Positions 27,570 to 39,627 of a stretch of 64,000 bases of DNA are shown in pieces. Source of the stretch: Pocillopora damicornis (Eukaryota). The notes beneath the pieces are model-generated. The model did no database searches. It had not been told where the DNA came from and saw only the letters and a program-made list of their open reading frames with translations. The stretch spans positions 310,001 through 374,000 of the forward strand of contig NW_020844534.1 of the NCBI RefSeq assembly GCF_003704095.1, given 5' to 3'. The position numbers were made by a program, and so were the translations under genes. The first letter of the stretch is position 1. Every line of letters starts with the position of its first letter.

Positions 27570-28586
27570 ATGGATAGGACGCCAATGAAAGAAAGCACGA
27601 TGTCAGCTGTGGAGAGAATATTGGATTCGTTAAGATTATCACCAAAATGGAGACGTCAGTCGCCAGTAAACGAGAAATCGGTCAAAGAAACCCGTATCAT
27701 TGCAAACTCTGATTGCCGGTTAACAAACCAACACTTATCTCCTGATAACCGTAAACACGCAACAATATCGACGTCGAGTTCTGATTATCCTGAAACAGAA
27801 ACGTACGACTCTTTTTCCGACTCTGCTTACTCGCAAAGTTCTGAGACATCGGTCAATTCCGATAGGAGATCACTCAATACAACTTCAACAGATTCGGATA
27901 ACAACCGATTATTCCATCGAGATACTTCGCCAAGGAGTCAGATTTGGTCGAGAGGCGACACCGCTGAGGTTACAGACTTAGATGAGGGATACTTCAGGAG
28001 GGTTTTAATGTTGATGAAAGTTGTACTTTATTTACGACACAACTTTCCTCTGAAACTGGTTCGAAGAAGAAGAAAGGTTTATCCGGCCGATAGTAGAAGA
28101 GACAAGCTCCAAGGTCACGACAGTCCCAGTTTAAGTTCCAGTTCAATGGACTCGCAGGACTCAAGTGAATATAGCGGTAGAAGTGCGCGAAGTCGAAAGC
28201 GTATTTCATTCAGTCCAACAACTCTTCTTTTCTCTGCAGTAACAGAAAAGGCCTATGCGGAGGCCAAAAGTATTCTAGAACAGCAAGATCTGGACGTGAA
28301 TTCTCAAACTCCAAATGGGCAAACTCTACTACATATTGCTGCAGCAAATGCGGATTTGAAATGCACTCAGCTTCTTATACAGTACGGAGCGGACGTAAGT
28401 TTGAAAGATGTTAGCGGTTGGACACCTTTACATGCGGCTGTTAGGCGGGGAAACTGGAAATGTGCGATTTTACTCATCGAGGCTGGTGCTGATTTCGGAG
28501 AATACGCACAGACAAGAATCCAAGAGTACAATCAAGTGCTACAAATGTCTTCTTCGTATTATCGATCGGTAGAGATCTTTGTATAA
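27570..28586 (+). CDS. Ser-rich ankyrin-repeat protein with RVxF motif (PP1 regulatory subunit-like, PPP1R27/MYPT-type module), 338 aa, single coding exon
   Basis: Uninterrupted ORF with first ATG at 27570. RKRISF (28194-28211) lies directly upstream of ankyrin repeats (GQTLLHIAAANADLKCTQLLIQYGAD, GWTPLHAAVRRGNWKCAILLIEAGAD). The N-terminus is low-complexity and Ser/Asp-rich. Confidence 0.85.
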   Translation: MDRTPMKESTMSAVERILDSLRLSPKWRRQSPVNEKSVKETRIIANSDCRLTNQHLSPDNRKHATISTSSSDYPETETYDSFSDSAYSQSSETSVNSDRRSLNTTSTDSDNNRLFHRDTSPRSQIWSRGDTAEVTDLDEGYFRRVLMLMKVVLYLRHNFPLKLVRRRRKVYPADSRRDKLQGHDSPSLSSSSMDSQDSSEYSGRSARSRKRISFSPTTLLFSAVTEKAYAEAKSILEQQDLDVNSQTPNGQTLLHIAAANADLKCTQLLIQYGADVSLKDVSGWTPLHAAVRRGNWKCAILLIEAGADFGEYAQTRIQEYNQVLQMSSSYYRSVEIFV

Positions 28587-29519
28587 TGCAGTTCGCTTGT
28601 CTCTGAACTGTCTTAATTTATTTATGTACCAGTCTGTGGTACTTTGTACATTTACTTGATCTTAAGTACACGATTGTAAATAGTAATAACGACGCCTTTA
28701 ACTTGACACAACAACAGAGTTTCCATATGGCCGAATATTTAATCATGATGACCTATGAATAAAGGATGATTTAATTTAGATTTTTATTTAGAGAGTTTTT
28801 TCGCAAATTCCTCATTTTGGTCAGTATCGCTCTTTGCAGGAGTCCATTACTAAGTTGTCGGCATATTTTGCCTCGGAGTTTAAACCAACTTAGATGCTAT
28901 TCATAGTCGCACACCGTGGGTCAATTTCAGTCCAAATCGATGTTTAACAAAACTATTAAGAAAATTCAAAACACTTGAGCTGAGATGTTTTAAACGCGAA
29001 TAAAGTAGAATCTTTGGTGCGCTGATTATGGTGAATTTTAACGCAGGGTACCTCTATCAATCTTACTTTATGCCTATAAAGCACGTTGGTTGAAAATGAA
29101 AAATCTTCTAAACCTGCAGTTAGCACTCGAGCGAAAATGATTTGGCATTACAATTATCACTAATGGCACTTTGTTATTGTTTAAGTGGGGCAAAGAAGTC
29201 AAGGACATGATTCTTAACAAAAACACCCAAATAGGCCGGCTATGGCTTACATGACGTACTTTGTGAATGCTAAATAGCCCTGTAGTTTAAAAGATGGAAT
29301 ACAATTTTTTTTTTTAAGAAAAAAAAAAAAGAACGAGGAAAGAGTTTTTTAATGTAACAAATATGTCCAATGCTTCAGTGAACAAGAATTCTAAGAACGT
29401 AAGTGTCGATTTGAAGTATGCTCCTATTTGAACCCATTTTTTATAAGGTCACCGCAAAATGGATATAATTGGTTTATCAATAAGCACATTGGCTCCATAT
29501 GTTTTGACACTGAACATAT

Positions 29520-29692
29520 TTTTAGTACTTGTTGTTCTCAAACAAGTCTTCGACATGTTTTGAAATTGAGCAGATTTTGAGCACTTTTTTCCAAACAAAT
29601 CTCTGATAGGTTTTGAAACTGAATAGATTTGAGCACTTGTTGTAGTCAAACAAATCTTCCATGGGTTTTGAAATTGAACAGATTTTGAGCTT
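29520..29692. repeat. ~58-60 bp tandem repeat, about 3 copies
   Basis: CAAACAA(A/G)TCT...TTTTGAAA(T/C)TGA..AGATTTTGAGC occurs three times. Confidence 0.8.
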
Positions 29693-32600
29693 TGGCCTCA
29701 GGGGAAAAAAAACTGACAAGAGGTTTCCTTACATTTTAAACTTGTTTGTTGTTAAGACCTTTGCGTATTTTTTGGTTTTAATCGTGGTTAAATCCATACC
29801 ATTTGGAGAAAAATGGTAGAACCTGGATTTCATTAATCTAACCTCTTTAAGCAACTTTGATGTAGTCAATGAATTTTCGTTTTTACACAGAGGTATCACC
29901 AACTGTACACGTCTGCTTGATGTTTAAATAGCACAGCGGAAAAACTTGCTTGCATGATAGGAGGTGCACGTCATGTACGGGGAAATATATTATGCTTTTT
30001 ACCGGTCACAAGTCATCACTCTCGGCAGACGTGACAGGAGCCGAGTGAAAAAATACAGGATTTAGACTTGATTACGATTTGTTTGTTAACAACTGAATGG
30101 CTCGTTAGTTGGCGCAGTTTCATAAACATATAGAAACGTTTTCCTTTTGTCTGAGAAACTTCTCTTTTTGATATTTATAACTCGTGTGAAAAAACTAAGC
30201 AACTTCTGCGTATGCATCTTTCTAGAGGCGCGCTATTATCGCCGGAAAGTGAGATGAAAGCACATCTGGATATCTGGAATGGAATGGAACAATCCGACAT
30301 CGAATCAGTGATGAAGGTATATATTGTTACTATATTTTGTAAGCCTATACACGATTTGGTTTGACCTCCTTTTTTCACACATAAAACTATCGACAAATAC
30401 TTGAGACAGTTCCTTTCATGTTCCGCACAAATTTTCGCTTGTTTTGCATTTAATGCAAGACTGTTCTTATTTCGATAGTTTTTTGGGTCACGATTCAAAA
30501 GTAGACGGTTGATATTCACGCGGTTTTTTTGATGGAAGATTTCCAAGGTAATTAAATTCATCACGAAATCAACCTGAAATGGCTGACGTTATTTTTTAGT
30601 GAAAACAATAGTATGTTTGTTTGTTTTTGGCGGAGAGTATCCATGTAATTTTAAATGCACAAGTCAAACGTCTCCCCCTTTTAATACCTTAAACTAGTAA
30701 TCAAAGTTTAGTAAAGTGCGTTCGATCTCTAGTAAAAGTATTTTTTATTGTACTGATTGCGCAGAAAAAATCGGTGTCTTCAGCTCAAGGCGGCCAAGAA
30801 AACACATGAGATCGAGGCTATTTGTGCCACATAACCAGCCAGCCAGCCAAGCTAGTCCAAAATGGCGCCTAATGCCTGAAATCGCATGTCATCACGATCG
30901 ATCCCCTTTAGGACTGGTCCATAAAACCCTCGAGAGTGATTCCCGTTAAAACGCTGCGATTAGTATGCGTTCTCCTTCGTCGAACGCTGTAACTTTCCCA
31001 TTAAAAAATAGAGTCAATTTTCACCAGCCGACAGTAAAGAGTTACGCTGCTGAAGCTTCTTTAAAAAATTTACTTTTTCTTCTTGAAACTTGCGTTTAGT
31101 TATCTGTGTTACTCTAAGGACAGGTTATGAAACTGTAAAATTCCTTGTAGTAATCTCATAGCTACTACTAGCAGCAGCTTCTCCTTAACTGATAGATTTT
31201 CAGTTGAGTGTCGAAAGTAACCCGGTATTAAATTGATTTTACTTTTCCTCGATCTGCAACAATAATCAGACGCAAAACTTGGTTACTTGCGTAACTCTCA
31301 GTAATTGCGGCTTGCTTTCTTATTTTCACTTTTGGTTCCGATTGGCCCTTGCGATGTTATCCTATTTTCTGATTGGCTTTGGTGATTATCAAGGTTTTGG
31401 TAAACATTATTCCTAATAGAAATGTGTCCCACTGTAATGACCTTTGGCTGTTTGAGTCGATCATTAGTTAAAACACTGAAAACATTCTCTAATCAGTTGT
31501 AATATGTTCCATTCTCTTATGCAATTTACCTTGGAAGAAGGCCAACATTATTTTTCCCATGATTCGATCATCAAATTTCCTGGAGCTTCTGAGGTGGAAC
31601 GAAATTCCAAGCTGTATGAGAGATGTTCCGTGATTAACAATTTTATGGAATAAAGATAACTTGTCCGGTCACTTTCTGACATTTTGAAATAAGAACTTAA
31701 CTGTATTGAACGCCAGCGATAGTTAGAAAGTAGGTGAAAAACCCTTTCATTTTAAATTGGCTGATTTTGTCGTTAAAAGCTCTATACAAGCTTAATTCGC
31801 TGGATTCTGAGGAATGGCTTTGCTTTAGTTATGAAGAGAAAACCATTTTTTATGTTCAGATGCCTTAAAAAGCTACATATTTTATTCTGTTCTTCTATGC
31901 TAAAGCTTGCCTACGCTCGTTGAAAACGGTGAATGAGTACCGATTGCCGTTGAGTTTTCTTTCCTACTAATGACAATTGGAATGTCAACAGTTAAAGTGT
32001 TGGCTCTCACGGAACAAAACTCCACACAGGAGAGTTTCGCCGTGGCATAAGAGAATCTCCTCGACTTACTGCCTGTGATGTTCCTTTTTTTCAACTGTGG
32101 GGAGCATCCCAATTGTTGCGTTTAATTGTACATGTAGCATTTGTTGCCAGAAGTTCTCTGAGACATCCGGCCTTGACTATTTGAAGAGCATACCGATCTA
32201 AGACAGTGCTCAAATCGACTTTTCACTTCCTGTTTTTTACTTTCAACGCTACCGAAATGTAACTTAGAGCAATCACTCTTGGTTTAAGAATATTGATGAT
32301 CAAATTCTGTCAAAACTGGACCGTGAGGGTTCAAACCTCCTTGCTATTAATACACTCATTTGCTGTGTTTAAATCAATAACCTACATGAGTGTGTTAAGT
32401 CAACCAAGAAACAGGTGCATTCATGATGATAGAACAACTCCAGTCACTTCCACGTATGATAAGGCAACCCTTTTGCTGTTCAAAAAACAAAAGAGGCTTT
32501 GCGTTAAGTTTTAAAGTTGACGTAATGCCTCTTAAGAACCCAGATAAGATTACTTTGGCAAGAGAAATGGGTTTTAGAATAATTAAGCTACACGATAGAA

Positions 32601-33074
32601 ACTGATTTTAACGTGTGATAATAGATTTATTGTAACTTCGAAATCCTTTACAAGGTTAAATAATAAGTTGTATCACATCAAAACAACTGATCCTGATCAG
32701 TTGATAACATAGCAATAATGTTGATAATAATAATTAGTTTTTCGCAATGTAATAAATATCGTCTCTCACTGAGAGTAATAACAAATAGTCCAATTATCGG
32801 TTGACAGTCACCAAACAATTTATGATATTCAATTACAAAGGAATTTTGAAAGAAATTGTTCATTATCATTATTATACTTAAAGAGAGGAAGTTCGCTGCA
32901 GATTCATTTCACGAAACCTTCGTAAAATTTCCGTTTGTTAGCAATTATATTTCGTCGCAGAAGTGATCAACACTATTTCCATTTTTCTTTATATTTTCTT
33001 ATAATAGTGGTTACCAGAAAAAAAATTAATTAAATTTAGTGTGCCACTCCCAGAGTGCATAGCAAAGATTGACG

Positions 33075-35589
33075 TTATACACCAAAGACGCACGTGTACA
33101 CCTCAGTAATGACATCATGAAAGGTGGAATAGATGACGTAGTTCCGGTAAATCCTCACGACATCGTCAGTGATTGTAAGGTTCTAAAAAGTAAGATTTCT
33201 AATTTTATAAAGAGGTCAACATTTCTTTACAAAATCACCCCTGAATCAAACATTAAGTTTACGGAAAAAAAAAAGGAAATGATCACCATTAAAGAAGCTC
33301 TCGATTATGAAACAAAGTCTCTCTGTCAGCACCTTAGGAAATGTATCGAGAACAGTATGGAGAATATGCACACTGATGTTGTGGTGTAAAGGGTTTGGCT
33401 AGATTTTCTCGTTTTTTCAGTGCGTAAGAAGAGGAAGAGCTTTTGGAGCACGTCACCTTTGTACTTATCTTTAGCTTGAATAACATTCATTACATTTCCT
33501 ACTGATGAAACTAACGCTAGCGAATGCTGACTGCATGGCAGTGCTCATTTAAGTTAGGACCTCACTGTCTTGGAAAACAGCGTGTCAAACTATTCATGCT
33601 ATTTTATCCTCAACCAAAAGCCTAGTAAATGAAGATCTTGATCGTGATGATGAGATATTTAATTTAAGGAAAACTGTATCCATAAGAAAACAAGTATAAC
33701 ATGATGAAAACTGGAATTAAAAATTGACGACATGATTACGATCTTGTATCGCTTTGTAAACTTACCAGCCAGTTTTGGTTGACAAGCTCTTGTAGATATC
33801 CACGAGTGTATCGATTTAATTGCTTCTCCGTCAACACAACTTGACCAGCGGGCACGGAGTGACCTCTTATCAGCAGCTGAAGTTTAAACCAATGAAAAAT
33901 TATTCATGCTCAAATGAACGATAACAAATTCACAGCCAACGAAGTTGCAAAATAGCCCAGTAAGAGGTCTTCTGTTACATTTACCAAGATAATTGAACTG
34001 AATATCTGGACGAGAAACGTACCCTTGTCGCGATCTTCCGCAAATATCAGACCCTTTGGTCTTGCACACTTTTCTTGATCGAGATTAAATGTGATAAATG
34101 CTGGTCGTACCAGTGTAACCCTTATGTTTCATGCATCACTTCAATCACGTGACCTTTACGAACCACACTTTACCTTAAAATATCCTAGGTTTTTGAGTGC
34201 AGTAATCGCTACTATAGGTGCTTGTAAGTAAGTTATTAATGATCAGAGGAATGCCCTCTTGAATACTGAGAATTAGGGAGAATATTACCTCATGTCTTAA
34301 AGTGCTAACTGTACTATTCAGGAAAAAGCTGGTCTCCTTGAGTACACTTGCTAGCACCGTGTACTGGGGCCCATGTGCTTCCTCATAAGAGTAGGCCATG
34401 TACAGTGGTGTGATGTAGTTAGAGAGCTTTAAGTAGCTGTTAGTGAGCTTGTCTTTCAATTGCTGGATAAGAAAGAAAGGATCACAATTGTCAGATAGAG
34501 AGAAACTCTCAGCTCAATGTGAAAAGTTATAATGGATTGCATTAGTTTTAATTCTACCCCTACGGTAATTGGTGAAGAAAACTAGCATCGTGCTATCGAG
34601 CAATCAGATGCCTACTAAAATCCATCAAGGAAATCTAGTGGCTCGCGTTTTCTTGTGCTTCCGGTAGTTTACTTCACATGTATTTTCTTTGACCTTTCAT
34701 TCGATTCATTTGATAAATATCCTTGTTATAATTGGCTTAGAGGTAACGTTGGTTTTACATTAGGATCAACCGAAAAGCCCTCCGTATACCATAGTCTGCA
34801 CTTTGGCTACTCTAGGTTGGTCTTCGCAGTTTGATAAGGTTCATCCTGGTCAGAAAATCTTAGAAAAGAGTAAATATTTTAAAGCCAGGACCATGCAGCT
34901 ACATGTGAAAGTAGCAATTTAGTAACAGATTTCTATTGGTTTACCAGCGCAAAAACGTTCGCGGGGTGTCGAGAGGACTTGAGAAAGGTTCTTACATCGC
35001 GAGCCGAACAAGAGTGGGTAATCAGCTTAACGTTGGGGTAGTGTGGGGTGCAGGGGGTGATAGATTTTAGTATTCCCCAGACCTCACTTTCATTACATAC
35101 CAGATTTAAAGAGCACTTTTTCGTCACTATCACTCCAAGCATCAGCATTGTCTCCTGCAGATCGTTCGTCGAGGTTATAAATGGATACTTGGTTTGCATC
35201 TGCAGAGAGTTTTTACATACATATTAACACACTACACCCAAAAATACTGATTGAAATGTTTCTTGTAGCGGCATATATTAGTCACATGCTGCGACACAGC
35301 GCATTCCGGACTGAGACATTTCGCTCGAGACTAAAATTTGTGGCCTTCTCTCTTGATGTAAGTAGTATTTTCTAAACTAACACTTAAATATTGGAAAGAA
35401 AACAGAGGTGAGAGTTACAACTTGAACGGCACCTACCTCTTTAGTTGCGTTTTTGACCCTAGGCGCTATGATATCTTTGATGAGTAGTTGAAGTCTCTTT
35501 GGTTTTGAATTCGCAGAAGAACTTTGAATTTGTGAGATCATTGTCAAAACAAATATCATTCCAAACACGACCTTTAAAAATAGTTCCAT
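33075..35589 (-). CDS. Secreted helical protein paralogue A (putative four-helix cytokine-like), 220 aa
   Basis: Exons 35589-35437, 35199-35083, 34462-34289, 33876-33766, 33182-33075, all with phase-0 GT-AG introns. Protein: MELFLKVVFGMIFVLTMISQIQSSSANSKPKRLQLLIKDIIAPRVKNATKE|MQTKYPFITSTNDLQETMLMLGVIVTKKCSLNLVCNESE|QLKDKLTNSYLKLSNYITPLYMAYSYEEAHGPQYTVLASVLKETSFFLNSTVSTLRHE|LLIRGHSVPAGQVVLTEKQLNRYTRGYLQELVNQNWL|NLTITDDVVRIYRNYVIYSTFHDVITEVYTCVFGV*. A probable upstream exon (donor ~35818) could add MVKKETG. The gene model is well supported; the cytokine call is inference. Confidence 0.88.
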
Positions 35590-35818
35590 TCCTAGTTTGA
35601 AAGGAGGGAAAAGTGATAGTCAAATATAAAATATTCAATTGAGGAAAATAAAAATTTCGAAGAAATACCTATTTTACTTATTTTTGTTGATGGAATGATG
35701 CCTCGGTGAATGTGAGAAAGTTCACTTGATTATTGAAATTTAGCTGAACTTTGCGAGCCTCTCCATCCCTTTTCTTTCTTTGTAGAACACTACAACTGGT
35801 TATTATTTTATTACTCAC

Positions 35819-35910
35819 CTGTTTCTTTTTTGACCATTTAATTTTTCTGTATTGAAGTTTTAGTTCTTAAACTGGCTATGACTATTGATTGCGAGTTGCC
35901 TTTATATCGA
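35819..35910 (-). promoter_or_regulatory. Putative TATA box and short first exon of paralogue A
   Basis: Minus-strand GATATAAA at ~35901-35908, followed by ATGGTCAAAAAAGAAACAG|gtgagt (donor at 35818). This splices in frame to the acceptor 2 nt upstream of ATG 35589. Confidence 0.55.
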
Positions 35911-36665
35911 AGACACATTTCTATTTTCCCTTCCCTTACCTCATTCTCCTTTTGGAGTTCTTCCGCACCATTTTATTCCTGTTGTGTTTAAGTTCCCACA
36001 ATCATAGTTACGAAAGATAATTTTTTTCTGTAAGCACGTACCCTTTTAACTGAATAATTTCCGATGGGAAGAATCGTATGCTTTTGTGACTCGACTTCAT
36101 TTTGCCATTGATAGTGTTTTGAAAATGTAAACAAGATATTTCCATCAGGACTTCAAGGTATTTTAATCACATAAAATGCCGTATATTTAAGCCAGTTTGT
36201 TCCAGAGGTAATAAAAAGGTGTTTTGTTCTCTCTGTTTTGTACATCTGAGTTAGAAGTTTAATCTAATTTATACAATCAGTATCGTTACTTCATGTGCTA
36301 TAGAGTAATGTGAACAATTTTAAGATGTCTTTCTGTGAAGCTCCCTAAATCATTGCGATTTCTTCCGCATGAGTACAAAAATGAAGGATCAATGAGGCAG
36401 AGACTAAGTGAGGATAGCCGAAAGAATCATGGCCGCTTTAGTTTAGGAGAAGCGAATCGGAAGTGACTATTTTCAATTAATTATAGAGTTATCACAATAA
36501 CGTCATGTGGAATCATGACGCACGTGCTAAGCTGTATATAATTTTACACTGGACAAAAATATAAAACTGTTCTTGCGACTAGTGACACCTCTAAAACGCG
36601 TTTCCTTTCACTTACAGCTGTTCTAAAAATATTTTTTCCAAATATAACTTTCTATTTGTTTCTGT

Positions 36666-36969
36666 TTGGATGAAATTAATGTAAAATAGGATTTATGAAT
36701 CCTTAAGTTTGTTTTATTTTTTCTAATCCATGACTTACGTTTTCCAAAGTAGAAAACTAACTGCCGTGTGAACGTATTTTTGGCAAGCTAAAGCTTAGTA
36801 CTTACTTGGATGGAATTCATGTGAAATAGGATTTATTAATTAGTACTTAATTGGATGGAATTAATGTAAAATAGGATTTATGAATCCTTGAGTTTGTTGT
36901 TTTTTTTTCTAATCCATGACTTACGTTTTCCAAAGTAGAAAACTAACCTGCCGTGCGGGCGTATTTTTT
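36666..36969. repeat. Local direct duplication (~115 bp twice, plus a partial third copy)
   Basis: 36666-36781 is close to 36851-36969 (TTGGATG.AATTAATGTAAAATAGGATTTATGAATCCTT...CCATGACTTACGTTTTCCAAAGTAGAAAACTAAC); a partial copy lies at 36806-36846. Confidence 0.9.
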
Positions 36970-37940
36970 AGTAATCGCAGAATTATTTGATGCAAAGGGT
37001 GATTAGTTGGAAGAGAAGCGTGTTCCTATCAAGGAAGGGTTGATGGGAGAGTCAAACATGATGGGTTGCTCAAGTATCGCTACTTTAGAACGCTCTCTGA
37101 TCACTCTGGTCAGATGCTGATCAGATGCCTTTATTGCAGGTTTAATTTTCTCATGGTAAAGACTGCACACGACAAAATTTGAGTTGAGTGCCGTAAGCTG
37201 ATTATCCTCATTATTCGAGCTAAAAAAATTCGTAGAACTAAGCCATAAATCTGTCACAATCTTTGTCTTTGTCCTTTAGAGGGGAAAGTCCTCTTCACGA
37301 CTTAAGTGCACGTGATCGACAAAGAATAGGCGAATGGAAAACGATCGAACAGCCGATAAGCTTCAGTTTAGTTTTAAATTTGATCCAGCGCACTTTCTGT
37401 GAATATGAAAATAGTTGGTGTTCATGGAGGAGTCAAAATATTAAACAACACTTCTGACCGGAAATATGAAAAGTGAAAAGTGAAAAGCGGATGTGAAGGA
37501 CTACCGTCTTACGTCTCTTAGAAGGAGAGGAAGATCTGATTTGCTAGTAAAGTGGCGTGATTGTTTGCCAGTTCATTGGATATTAGGCTGCAACAGGTTT
37601 GCTTAAAGTAGAACCGATTAAATATCCTATCTTCTGCCCCAGCAACATCGTCGAGGAAGTTAGTGAATTGAAACCGTGGAGGTGAAATCGAAACTAGATA
37701 CTAGAAAAAAAAAACAATCTTCGCTTTAAAATTATCAATAATTGAATTTTCCATTTTCGAAGATACATACACTACACGCGACGTCGTTCGAAAAAGCATA
37801 GAAAGAGAAAATTGACTACCAGTGGGGGGAAGGGAAGGGGACTAATGGCGTCATCGGATAGATTTTATCTTGACACAACCAAAATTCTCCTACCCCCCCT
37901 CCCCCCCATCTAGGCGATGAATAAGGATCAGTCCCATACG

Positions 37941-38113
37941 TTAACCCTTTTACTCCCAAGATCTCATCAGCAATTCTCCTTACTGTCTGCAATACAGTTC
38001 TCATGTTGTTAGCATGGAGAATTTGATATTCGATCAGCTAACAATCCCTTGATATTTCATTGACGTTATGAGAAGAATTTTGTCTTGGTCACTCATGGGA
38101 GTTAAAGGGTTAA
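37941..38113. mobile_element. piggyBac-like MITE copy
   Basis: TTAACCCTTTTACTCCCAAGATC ... TGGGAGTTAAAGGGTTAA, with internal AATTCTCCTTACTGTCTG shared with the other copies. Confidence 0.8.
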
Positions 38114-39627
38114 ACAGTAAAAACACTAGCTTTCTTTCGTTGATGTAGTTTCCAAGTTCCTCTGAGACAATTTTAAATCAAGTATGAGTCATTTCAGTGT
38201 TGTTTAAGAGTATTGTATATCCCTTCACTGTCTCAGACAGTTACAAACTCGGTCATGTACAAGTATATTACAAAAACGCGATATGTAACAATTCTACCAT
38301 TACACACTTATTTTCAAAAATAGAATGTCTTTCTTTAATTTTGATAACTTGTTTCAGGCACCTATAAGTTACAACTTAGTTAATAAGTTAGGAATATGAC
38401 CACGTATTTTTAAATAAGTCAAGTTTTGGATTTCAATTGAACCTTAGTTGGTTCAGTTGAACGGTTATGAAAGCCGGCAATCAAGAAAAAAAATAAGAAC
38501 AAAGCCGCTGGTTTTGCTGAGAGCTCACTGTGTGCACACGATCTTTTGTCTTCGCGTTTCCACATTGTGACTAAATACAGGGACAGAATCAAAATTTGCA
38601 AACTCTGATTCAGAAAACCCTAAATAAGCCAAGAAATATTTTGAGATTACCGACAATTTAAAAGTCAAGCTGTCTGACGCCACTACAATACATTAATGAG
38701 AATTCTGAATGGTAACTCAACATAATTGAAACTGTATTGAATGCTGGCCCGATCAGTTCACAAAAACCAAAAAAGACGATACAACATCAAAATTCTGTCA
38801 GGTTTCACAACCATTGCAGCACTTTATTAACTATGGTTCAAAAGATTCTTCAGCAGACATAATTGTTTGTTGAAACCGCTTGGTCATCAAGGGCTCAAAG
38901 ATGGATTTTTTTGACTGAAAGTTAGATCAACGAGAGGCGGGTGGAAAACGTGTTTTTGCCAATATGGCTATACATAGCTTCTTATATCTTATAGTTTAAC
39001 TATAGTATCTAACTATAAATAACTTTCGAACTATTTATATATTTATAAATAACGTTTTCATTTTACACACTTTACCTTTTTTCCTTAAGTAAAATTTTTT
39101 GTCTATGTTTTAGTGATAAATAGGGAAGATATTTGGCATGCTTCTACTCTATAGAAGGCGATGCCACATTTGTCATACTGGATGAATAGAAGAAGTGTGC
39201 TTCAGAAACCATATTGGTTACTGCTTCTCCAGATTCCAGAGTAACTTAACCAGTTGAAAATTTCCTTAAAACTCCCAACGTTCGATGAAGGACGCCCCCA
39301 TTTTGTAAAAAGCTTTGTAACCTGTCCGCACACGCGAAACCACAACGTGCTGTTCACGGACAGCTGATGCTCTGGTTATCACAGAAAGAAATAAATAAAT
39401 AACAAAAGAGAATCGATACTCGAGTTAAGAGGGGCTTCTTGTGTAGCTTCTTGTTGTTGAAACAGATCGCCAAGAGTGAGACTTTGCAGGTCACACTGTC
39501 AAGCGACCAGATTCTCTGGCTGGGTTCAAAATAGTAGTGTCCTTTGTTACTTTTTGAAATGCAATTCAGTGAATACATTGAAATATCAGAGTCAAAAATT
39601 ATATGGTTTCTGGAGCATACTTCTCTA

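Noticed and set aside
29520-29692. Regularly spaced repeats as a CRISPR-like array
   Set aside because: The whole units are degenerate tandem copies with no unique spacers, the context is eukaryotic, and no cas genes are present.
33069-33389. 106-aa plus-strand ORF
   Set aside because: Antisense shadow of the last exon of paralogue A. The same applies to 42371-42634, 57167-57430, 61523-61708 and 62105-62302 over other paralogue exons.
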